Below, piece by piece: positions 33,001 through 45,000 of a stretch of 64,000 bases of DNA; position 1 is the stretch's first letter, and each line of letters opens with the position of its first letter. The notes beneath the pieces were generated by a model, which worked only from the letters and a program-made list of their open reading frames with translations, did no database searches and was not told the origin of the DNA. A program made the position numbers and the translations under genes. Source of the DNA: Phoronis australis (taxonomy: Eukaryota; Animalia; Phoronida); assembly GCA_002633005.1 (NCBI GenBank), contig NMRA01000422.1, positions 124,001-188,000 on the forward strand, in the 5' to 3' direction.

Positions 33001-36000
33001 ACAGACATCTGCTCAACGCCATTGGCCCGCTGTACAAGATTGTGACCCCTGTCCAAGTTCGCAAGTCCAAAGTGTCCGCCATCGACACGAGGGACATGCG
33101 TAAGGGACCAAACCGTCACTACAGTCACACATCTATTGTGCTGGACATTGAGGGAGTCAAGTATAAGATCAAGTTGTCTCTGAATAAGTAAGGGAAATTA
33201 TTAGTTATGTATTCTTGACAACAACCCATCATGCCTTTATGAGAGTATCCCCCTTCACTTTTATGTCACAATTTCTTTTTTGGCTTGGCAGCCTTGGCAG
33301 GGCTGTGGTAAAATTTCTTGAGTTTGGGACCAGTGTGAACTGGTATATCACAACAGTGCTTCAACTGATCAGACACACAGTGTCCAATGTGCTCACAGTG
33401 TCATACATGTGGTTTGGGGAATTTTTGTCTTAGTTAACTTTATGAAAAGGCTTCAGAATACCTAAATTGTCTTAAAGCAACTTCAAGAAGTTTTTCTCTT
33501 TTAAAAATCTATCACAGGTTATGAAAGTTTTGTTATTTTAAAAATGAAGAGCTTACTTGAAATTGAAGTGTCCTTAAAAATGTAGCCCACATGGGACAAG
33601 ATTGGCATTCATTGTTCAGATTTTAATACAGGTTTTTCAAATATTAGTTGTCTTTGCTATGGATGATCATATTTGTATTGTAATAATAACGTAATGCACA
33701 TGTGATATGTGAAAATTCATATTCGTTCTCGTTTCAGAAATTTGTTGAGTGACACATTTATACAGAAGCACTACCTAACTGATGACACTCAGGTGATATC
33801 AAAGGTGAGATATTACCTGTGAAATATTACATGTGTTATGCACTACTTGTGTGCTGCAGGCTTTATTAACCTACCTTAATTCTTGCGCCTAATTTCCTTT
33901 TTATCGGATCACAAATGTAAAATGAATTCATTGTAGTTGTATTAAGCAGTCATTTCCTGAATGGCAGAAGTTACTGTTTTTGTCAGATCCACAAAAAAAT
34001 CTGTTCCCTAGAATCACCAACTTCAGCTGTGTTTTCCGTGTTGAAAGTTTTGCCATGGATATGACATTTCGTCTTTTGGTTATGAAGGAGGGATTCCCTT
34101 ACACAGCCCGACAAATATATACAAATGGGGGTATTTTGTTTGGTTATGAAGGAGGGATTCCCTTATACAGCCCAACAAATATATACAAATGGGGTATTTT
34201 GTTTGGTTATGAAGGAGGGATTCCCTTATACAGCTCGACAAATATATACAAACGGGGTATTTTGTTTGGTTATGAAGGAGGGATTCCCTTATACAGCCCA
34301 ACAAATATATACAAACGGGGTATTTTGTTTGGTTATGAAGGAGGGATTCCCTTATACAGCCNATCAGTTACTTGAACAAACAGTTGACTCTAATCCTCAA
34401 GTGTGTTTTGGATTGTATTTCCAGGGGCCTCTTAAAAGTGAGTCAAAAACGTATTGTCATTAGTATTAGATGGTGTTTTAAACCTTAGCTTTGTGCTGTT
34501 TACAAACTTGTGCTGTTTAGATTAATGGAATGTTTAAATCTGTGTTTTCATGTATGTTGGGTCAGTACACATTCAACGTTTCGAGCTTTGCTCTTTTTCC
34601 AGGGAATGTTACATATTTTAAGACTGTTGTCATAAAAATTCTGATATTTGTCATGGTCTTTGAGAAACGAGCAATGTTCGTCTTCTTATGTTTTGCATCG
34701 TTCAAATCACATTTTATCATCAGTAAAGACATTTATCATCTTTTAAATTAGCTATCTGTATTCCTTTCAAGGCAAACATGGCAGGAAATCGAGAAAGAAT
34801 CTTCCTCCATCGAAATCATCCCTTATGGAGCACACTAACCCTCATCCACTGCCCAACATCACTCTGGTTATTCAAAAGAACAGACATCTGCTCAACGCCA
34901 TTGGTCCGCTGTACAAGATCGTGACCCCTGTCCAAGTTCGCAAGTCCAAAGTGTCCGCCATCGACACGAGGGACATGCGTAAGGGACCAAACCGTCACTA
35001 CAGTCACACATCTATTGTGCTGGACATTGAGGGAGTCAAGTATAAGATCAAGTTGTCTCTGAATAAGTAAGAGAAATTATTAGTTATGTATTCTTGACAA
35101 CAACCTATCATGCCTTTATGAGAGTATCCCCCTTCAGTTTTATGTCACAATTTCTTTTTTGGCTTGGCAGCCTTGGCAGGGCTGTGGTAAAATTTCTTGA
35201 GTTTGGGACCAGTGTGAACTGGTATATCACAACAGTGCTTCAACTGATCAGACACACAGTGTCCAATGTGCTCACAGTGTCATACATGTGGTTTGGGTAA
35301 TTTTTGTCTTAAGTTAACTTTATGAAAAGGATTCAAAATACCTAAATTTTCTAAAAGCAACTTCAAGAAGTTTTTTTCTTTTAAGTATATATCACAGGTT
35401 ATGAAAGTTATGTTATTTTAAAGATGAAGAGCTTACTTGAAATTGAAGTGTCCTTAAAAATGTAGCCCACATGGGACAAGATTGGTATTCATTGTTCAAA
35501 TTTTAATACAGGTTTTTCAAATATTAGTTGTCTTTGCTATGGATAATCATATTTGCATTGTAAAATTTAAACAACTTAATGCACATGTGTTATGTGAAAA
35601 TTCATATTTGTTCTCGTTTCAGAAATTTGTTGAGTGACACATTTATACAGAAGCACTACCTAACTGATGACACTCAGGTGATATCAAAGGTGAGATATTA
35701 CCTGTGAAATATTACATGCGTTATGCACTACTTGTGTGCTGCAGGCTTTATTAACCTACCTTAATTCTTGCGCCTAATTTCCTTTTTATCGGATCGCAAA
35801 TGTAAAATGAATTCATTGTTGTATTAAGCAGTCATTTCCTGAATGGCGAGAAGTTACTGTTTTTGTCAGATCCACAAAAAGTCTGTTCCCTAGAATCACC
35901 AACTTCAGGTGTGTTTTCCGTGTTGAAAGTTTTGCCATGGTATGACATTTCGCCTTTTGGTTATGAAGGAGGGATTCCCTTATAGAGCCCGTTATGAAGG

Positions 36001-39000
36001 CGGGATTCCCTTCTACAGCCCGACAAATGTATACAAATGGGGGATTTTGTTTGTTTATGAAGGAGGGATTCCCTTCTACAGCCGGACATATGTATATAAA
36101 TGGGGGATTTTGTTTGCTGTTGTTTTTTGTCTTGGCAAGGCTTAAAGCAGATGACTCTGCAACAAGTTTCCACGCTGTATTGAAAAAGTACAGGTGTCAT
36201 TGTTGGGACTCAAGCCCACCTTCCCATTTTGGATGATTTCTCCTCTTTCACTGATAGGAAAATGGATTGCGTGACTGACCTACTTTTCAAAATGTCAGGC
36301 ACCAATTTATTACACATGCTGTACTCATATTTGCTCTTTTTTTGCTTAATTCTTGGTATTATCATTACAACTCAAAATACAATAATACAAGATTGCCTGC
36401 ATTGCAATGGCTACATAGCAATTAGGAAATGAGATAGTGACTAATACATTGACATTTGAGGAAGTGCTTAAGACAAATGTTGCATTGTGGGTATATGCCT
36501 TAGAATGAGAGTGGTGTTGTAGTATTTCAGGACGAGACTATAAGTGTGGGTTTTGACTGTTGGGATATTAAAACCCTTAAGCATTATTATGTTAATTATT
36601 CACCTATTTAGGATGCCTCAGGGGAGACAATTGGACATTTAACTTGTTAAGTTTCTCAACTGAAAAAAATAGTCTATTATTAATTTTGGTTTATATTGTG
36701 TAGAAGTCATATTACAAAGCAACTTTTGGTGAAGTTACCGTTTCTTGCATCTTGGTAATCGGCCTTTGAAAAATAGAGGAAAGATAGTTCGACAAATAAA
36801 TTTTGGAGAAGTAATTGAAGAATTAAGGTATATTCACAGTGGGGTGGAGCTGGATTCAGGGTGCTCTTCTCTCTTCATGTAAAACAAATTTATAGTATGT
36901 GAACTTCAAGAACTCAACTCCCCCATTGACATGTATTGTGAGCATCTAATTACCAGTGAACCATGCCCGTGGTTCTCCCAAGGGTGATGAGAGCTCTCTG
37001 GTCACAATTCAAGCCTTTGTAGGCCTTGCCATTAGGCAGAAGCATTTCCATGTCTCAACTGTTCAATTACCACCAAGTTCACCCAGATGTGAGCCCCTGC
37101 ATGTTTATTCTGGGATTCTCTGCAGCCATCTGCTAATTAGGGCAATTAAACAGAGTTCGTTAGTAGGGGGTTGTACAGTTTCATGTTCACAGATATTCCG
37201 ACATTTCTTCGTGCCCTTACTTCTCCGAGGAGATCATACAGTGATTTCGCCGTACATGCAAAGCTATTCTAAAGTTGAACTGGTTTGGTAAACCATAAAT
37301 GGCCATTAAAATGTTCTTATGAATGAAGCAGTATTAAACATTGTGTACAAGGTAATATAAACTGGTAAACAAGTTTTTGCTATTGAAGTGAAAATACCCC
37401 AAACACTCTTTATAGTTTGCTTCAAATAAATTATTTTATTATATAACACGTTTAAGGACAGTTAAAAACTTTTTATGTGTAATGTGCTTTATTGTCAATA
37501 AACCAACATGTTTGCCTCGTCTTTCGACTATAAAGTCAGAAAAGGGCCAAACCCATCCATTTAATATATTTTGAAACTACAAAAATCAAAGCCATGTAAT
37601 TAAATTCTAAAAATAAATAGCCAAAGTGGATGTTGAATTTTTTAAGGTTACAATTTCTGAAATAAAGTCAAAACTTGATGCCAATATTTGACAGCTGGCA
37701 ATAACATGGAGCTTGTAAATAAAAGCGTCTTCTGTGAAGTTCCATAAAATTTGAACAAAAATAATTGTCAAAATCGTCATTTTCCCAAATTTCAAAATGC
37801 TCAAAATTCATTGTATGTTTGTTGATAATAATTGTAATATAAATTTTGCAAATGGTGAAGTAAAGTTTTCTTCGTGTTTACTTTTGTTGAAAATTTTGAA
37901 AACGGTAATTTGTTACCGATCTTCAACATCGTGTTCTAAAATGAAGAAAAGTTACCATACTTGTTATGTAGTTTTTCCATGATGGAAAAGTTTCTATTTA
38001 CCTCTGTCTAAAGAATTTTGGGTGGTCAGACACATAAATGCTCATTGCGCACAAGTTCACACAAGTTGACAAAAGTTCAACAGGCAACATCAAACCAGTT
38101 TCATCCAACATAGCCATCCAGCAGCTCAGGTTTTCAAAAGCAATTTTCCTCCATGGAAACTTAATAGTTGGGCTTGTAGGAAGTCTTGTTTCCCTCAGAT
38201 ATACTGCCTATCAGTGTTGACAACAAATTACTAGAACTCGTGTAGGTAATTGGGATACAAATGAGTAAAAATGTCTGCGGCGAGCTCAATAGTTTTTTGT
38301 TTTTGCTTAGTGATTTAAGCATGATGAATATTTTGTGTGAGCTCGCAACTGTCGAACATTGTTGTTGTGTCTAATGAGGAATTTGGGAAGTTCTGAGTTG
38401 TGAGCAAAATTTAAACAATTGTTCACTTCAAGCTGCATTCTACCCTGTTTAGCTACTAGCTAACAAATGGCAATCGAATGTTGCCTTTTTAAGCTTTGCC
38501 TTCATAAAATTGGTGTCATATTAATCCTTACCATGAAGGGATTCCTTTTCTGTTAATAACAAAAACATCGAAACCATCAGCGACACTCTTGCTTCATTTT
38601 AAAAAGGTTTTCTCACAAATAGCATCTACTAGTATCAACATTTGTTGAATCTAATATCAGGGCACAGTTTCCAGCTAGTACACCATTTTGGTCCATACAA
38701 GACACCAAAAAGCATATGGTATAAGTAAGTCGTTTTTAATTTTGGCTGATTAATTGTGCATCAGATTTCAGTACACTTCTTCAAGTATTTACTGTACAAC
38801 TCCTTTGAGCTCCAGGAGTTCTCTCTTTGAAGTGCCTTTAACTGATTGAGTTTAAGTCAGTGCTAGTTGTACAGGATGCCTGAATCACCTGTAGTTTTCT
38901 TTGATCTTGCTTCTTAGTTTGCCCTTTCCTGTGTACCAGTAGAGTATTTTGGTAACCTAGAAAAGTGTTTAGATTTTTTAGCATATTACAGAAGTTAGGC

Positions 39001-42000
39001 TGACAGCAAACGGGAGTCTGAACAATGCAACGATGAACATGTTCGTTTATCAGTATGGCAAGGTTATGCAGGAACGTATTGACAAATCTATGCATTCAGC
39101 TAAGTGTCTACAAACTGTAGAATTTAGTCTGGTTAAAGTTCATATGTTTTGAAAGTAGAAAGCTAGTAGAATTTGGTTTTTGACAATTTTTGACTGCCGC
39201 TCATGCAGAAGTGAAACATTTTAAAAGCAATTCCTGCCAGTGTTTTGAAGATCAGTGCATACCGTTTGAACGTTTCAAATTTTTGAGGTATGATGTTCTG
39301 AAGTTGCCCTAATTTGGACATTTTTCTGGGGTCCTACGTAATCTAAAGTGTAAAGGATTAACGTGTAAGTTCAGTGTGAAGAACATGCTCTTGCAAGTCT
39401 TATGGTTGACCATTTATGGCTTGGCCGAAAAGATAGAAAATGACCACAGTTCTGTGCTGTTTGGTTTTATAGGTATACTGACATTTAGAATGTTGAACAT
39501 TCTCAGGCCAAGATTCTGAGATTATTTACATACCTACCTGGAACTGTTGACCAAGATATTTTTTTCAGTTTCCAATATCTGCCAAGTTTTTGTAAATAAT
39601 ACTTCTTGTTGTCAAGCGACGATTTTACTAAAGAGGTCATTTGCTTTGATGCTGTTTAACAATTTTTGATGTATTTTATAATTGTATTACCAGGTACCTT
39701 GAGTCAGTTTTCTGCATCAAACACTTGTCTTTCAGTCTGTTTTGAAGTCTAACCATAGCCTCATCATTTTTTACAAGAATTAGCTTTGATAGTATTTTTT
39801 GTCAGGTAACAACTTTCGTATCTTTCCTGTTTTGCTATTATTACCAACTGGCCTGAATACATTTAATCTCTTTTTCCCTCTTACCACATTGTCACAAATT
39901 TGCTGAATGAGATTTTTATTCTTTTTAATGCTTCTCACGGAAATACAACGTGCAATAACAAAAGTTAAGCTCCTAAAGCATTAGCAAGAATTATATCTGG
40001 GTGTGAAGCATTTCTTTAAGCACGCCATTTTCTATGACAATGCTAACCTCGATTCTAATGTTTCCTTCTGGCACAGGGTTCCCCAGATCAGGTTGGTTGT
40101 ATTCAGTGTTGTATAGTGTGTGTGTGTATGTGTGTGTCTTAATTGTCCTCTGTGTTGTACACAGTTAGTAGGTAGGTATGCCCAGATAAGCTTGTTCATT
40201 GGCTGAAACTTGGAACTAAATGCATATAGAATGTATTGGTATTTCATTAATAAATAAAGGGTTTTGTTTCCATTGAAGCGTATTGAAGAGTTTCTCCATG
40301 TTGATTTATCATCAAGACAACCTCATATCGTTCTCTGTTGATTTGTGAATATTTTGAGGGATTGAAGAGAATGGTTCCATTTATTTGACAAGAGCTCAAG
40401 TGTGGAAAATTGGGCAATAAACAGTGTGCTAAGTTTCATGGTGCTGCTTTTTTCTGAGTATCTATCCGATGTCTATGTAATTATGGTACAACATAAAATT
40501 TCAGTCCATATTTTCCAATGTGTTGTGAACACTGTACATCATCCCTCAGTGTAGTTGTATTTGTGTCATCTCCAGGAGTTACAGTATTCGCCCTAATAAG
40601 TGCCCGTGTCCTTGTATAACATAAGCCCCAACTGGTTTTTGAATTTCATAAATACGTATCGATTTAAAATGGATACTATCTGACGTGACGTTTTACCACA
40701 ATAACTTCACCAGTCTTTCTAACAATCTTGGTGATCCAGTAAATATCATATTGCGTGAAATTTCCCAGCCTCCAGCGCTATCTACTGTGTTGTTATTCGA
40801 CAGTCACAGCCTGCTACAAACTTCTGAATGCCCTGCAGCTATTGGGCACTAATTAGGGCGAATTCAGTAGTTGATATTTTATATTCACTGTAAACACATC
40901 AACAACAGATGAGACATGATGAATGACCTATGCAGCAGGAACTGACCTATTGCCTAATACACAGTCTATTGTAATACACAGTCTATTGAATAAACCCAGC
41001 TATGGCTACTGGAAATGGCTGTTACATGAATTAATAGCTGGGATGATCAGTCATTTACAGTTGGGTGAATGTGAAGAGATTTTGTTGAGAGGTTTGCTTA
41101 GCTTCTGTGCCATATTTTGCTTTTGTGTGTATGATTTAGAGCTTATTGAGCAGTACCCATTTGATGTGATATAGCTCCACCCTGCCCTTTGCTGCTATTT
41201 TTACTTCATTCTTTTAAGTTCTTAAAATTTTTGTTGCCGTAGACATGTAAAATCATAATAAAGCATCTGTAGCTACGCAAAAACCGTTGAAAATTTGAAG
41301 TATGCTAATTATTTTTCCCAAATGGAAGTGTTTTAGTACAGAAACATTTTGTAGTCTCTTGTGTTTACTAATAATTTAACTGTTTCTACAGGATTTCTGT
41401 GACCTTCATTTTTTGTGACCTTTATTTCAGAATGTGGAGCACTGCTATTATCATGGTCAAGTGAGGAAGATCCCCGACTCAATGGTAGCGGTCAGTACGT
41501 GTCATGGGTTGACCGGGGTCATCCGCCTGCACAATGACACCTACATCATTCAGCCATTGGTCAACAGGCAGACAGGGGTATGAAAAAACAGCCATTTTTC
41601 AAATTCTTTCAGATTAATCAATTTCAAGCTTCATACATTCTGAATTTTCAAAATTGCGAACAGCTGTTGACCTTAACGAAAATGCTAGATTTTTCGCTGT
41701 CTGAAGTTAACTGAATTTTTGTCAAATTTTACCTTTGTTTGTGTAAGTAGACACATATTACCAAGCATTGTCACCAGCTGCTGCAGTCATGTAATGTGTC
41801 GCTCTTTAGAATTATGTCAATATATTTATTTCCCAGTGTAACATGCATACACACAAAATGTGTGAACTATCGGGATGCTAATTCTGCCAATAGTCACCTA
41901 CAGGGGTCCCACATTTTGAGAACCAGTTTGATGTCTGTTATTTAGTGGGGGGAAAACTGGTTCTCAAAATCCAGGAGTCCTGTAAGTGACTTACAGTTCA

Positions 42001-45000
42001 TACTGTAATGTTAAGAAAAATATTTTGAAGTATTCCACTCATGGTGGAAGAGGGTTTGTGTTGTGTGTTTTTTTGTCGACCCATAGATTTAACAATACAT
42101 TTGTCCTTTGCCCTCAAAAATATAGACACTGTCCAGTTGACACGTTTTGCTGTGCAGGTCTTAGGAATGCTGTCCTTAACTTACAGTGATACAGCACAAT
42201 GTTTGAAATGTCACAAAATGTTCATCTAGTTTTGTACGAGGCAGTTGTAAATGGTTTTGACAGAAATCGTTGATTCTGTTGAATCCAGACACTAATATTT
42301 TAGTAAAGGTCAAGCTTGTGGCGACTTTTTTGGAAACTCGAATTGATTTTCTATGAATTGTTATGCTCTGACTTGTGTTTGCATTTCAGACTGCCCAAGT
42401 GCACGTGATTTATAAAACAGCGCCATCTAAGGACAAGACTTGTGGTAAGTCCTGTCATACAGTTTTTGGCAACCAACATAGTGGTAGAAATGGAAAGTTA
42501 ATGGAAATTATAAAACTGTTTTATTTGGAATTTTGGAACAGGAAGTGCCTGTGGTTGTTAAACCATCAATTTTATAATCTCAATAAGTGTGCTGGTAAAA
42601 CTGGATAATTGACGGTTTAAGATGCACTTGTTCGGATTTTGAGGAGTTTTTAATTTCAAAATGTCTTATTTGTCCTTTTGAAGGGCTAGGTTGCTGAAAT
42701 ATAAAGTAATAGAAAATTGCACTTAATCTAATGTAGTGGCGTTGAAAATAAAGTTTTCTAAGTTGGTGCTGGGCATTCACCCTTGTGTAATTTTGTCATC
42801 CACTTCACATACAATTTGTACTATCGTGTTTTTATTTGTGGGTGATCCGCTGTTTGTGGCCTGTGTCTTTCCTAACCACCCAGTCATTTAATTTATGCTT
42901 TTTCTTTAGAAAATAAATTGTTTCTGTCTATGTGTCGGTGCATACAAAGACAGGTGATTTTCAGGGCTTTGAATTTTGCTCCTTTAAGAGGATTTACGCT
43001 TTTTTGGTTTTTAATTTCCTCTTGATTTCCATTTATCTATTCTTTCGTCTCGTTTTTATCATTTGACTTTATTCATGCAAAAACCTTAATTTCAGTTAAG
43101 TTTTTCAACACAAAAGAAGTTTCTATCTGATACACAAACCTATTTGTGGAATGATACGTCATCTGGCAAATTTTCCTCTCTCTATGTAACTGAACAAATG
43201 CAGTTTAAATGAATTGGTTTATTGGTTCTTGTCTGAATGCTGCCTTGTAATGTTTGTAGGAAATCAGAGCGGACTGTGGCAGTCTTACCAGCAGCTTTAC
43301 ACGGCAGAGTTTCTGCAGAGGAGGAAGTTGATGTTGCTGAGGGTAAACTAAATGTTGATAATCTTGATTGCTTGGCATGCTCTTGTTCATTGAGGGCATG
43401 CTCTTGTTCATTGAAGGGCATGCTCTTGTTCATTGAAGGGCATGCTCTTGTTCATTGAAGGGCATGCTCGTCAAGAATGAAATATGACTTTGTAAATCTT
43501 CAACTGGCGTGGAAATGCAAACAGTTTTCAGTCACGGCAGACATCTTTTCAGACTTATGTTCATTATGTCATGTGATTTTTTTGGCCAATAGGTGATGTG
43601 CAACCTTTGGAGCAATGAATTGTTTGAACTGTTATTACTGTGATAACGAATAATGGGCAGAATTCACAGAACCAGGCTTCTTTTAAAGACTTGGAGGTTT
43701 TGAATGGAAATCGCTTAGTAATAGGTGCAACAGTTCTAATGTTTTTGTTTTTTATTAGTAAAATTAAGAATATAATCTATCAAATTTGTTATCAGATAGT
43801 GATTCTGGCCACAAATTGTTCGACGGTCGTTTTGTAGTAGACATGCTAAAGTAGTTGTTCATTGATTTTCACTGAAGGTGGTGCTGTTCTTTTTGTGGTC
43901 TTGAGATGGTGTGCAGCAAGTTATCGCTTAAATGCAGTAGACAGAGTAGGGCAGTTGCTGAAACATGTTTTGGTTGTATATATCTTTGAGATAGTAAAAA
44001 AGAATTTGTTAATTTACAAAACTGAAATTATGGAATTTAATATTTGTTAAAACAGATTTCTCTGTTTTGAAAATGGAAAAATCAGGGTCCCTAAACTATG
44101 TGAATTGTTTAGAAACATCGAAGCCGCACAACCGTTTTGATGATATCGATACTTATCAGACTCATGATGAATGATTATCAGTCATGCATCATTCATGGAA
44201 TGTCTCTTCCATCTTCATTATTGCTCAATGATAAGGAATCTTAAATTTTCACAATTGATTATAAATATTGCATGAAAAATTAATTTAAGTTTTAATTTGT
44301 TATTCGTTTAATATATCATTTCATACAATCCATATGAATTCGTAAATTTAAAGTGGTTGGTATCAATTTATATAAAAATCTTTCATGATGAAATAAGGAT
44401 CAAACGAGATTGCATGCGTAGCACAACAGCTGTTTGTTCTGTAACAGAATTGCTTTTTTTATCAAATTCTGCTTTCACATCATAAACTTTTTCATTTCAG
44501 GAAAAACGAAAAGTTACGGAGGAGGTGAAATACATAGAGTTGGCGCTAGTGTTTGATTACTCCATGGTAAGTGCTCATTTATTTACCAATTCTTACCAGT
44601 TTTGATTTCCTCGTTTTTTTCTTCGGAGTCTGTCAACTGCGCATTGTCATAATCTGACGCTGTAACATGTGGGAACTTCCATCTGGATTAGAAATCTTAT
44701 TCATTCAATGCCCTGAGTAATATAACGGCATTCTTGGCATAATCTCCTGTCTGGGATTATTGGACTATTGAAGCTTGGATAAATAATACTGTTACGTGAT
44801 ATGGACAGATTAAGTAGTTATAAAGCCACCAGTGGGCAACATATTAACTACTCATACCTTCATGCTGACTACAGCTACGGTAACACTGTTTTAATTCTTT
44901 TTAAAAACTTTATTGTGAAGTAATGGATTTGATTCAATCCCGGGATCTTTCTGTTCACAAGTCACACCACCAGCACGTCACCATACTTGAAAGACTTTTA

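Larger units (their letters stand above)
32484..36116 (+). repeat. Direct duplication 32484-34341 / 34343-~36116 across a single N, containing ADAM exons 2-3
   Basis: Near-identical copies around n34342; copy 1 ends inside a 63-bp minisatellite. Confidence 0.9.

Noticed and set aside
33980-34463. Repetitive ORFs (YEGGIPLYSPTNIYK..., LVMKEGFPYTA...)
   Set aside because: By-products of a 63-bp minisatellite that is open in several frames on both strands.
38661-38718. Alternative ADAM exon 3 candidate (AQFPASTPFWSIQDTKKHM, phase 2 to 0)
   Set aside because: Weak acceptor and donor; 33738-33804 has better splice sites and fits the prodomain pattern (NLLS..FIQKHY).
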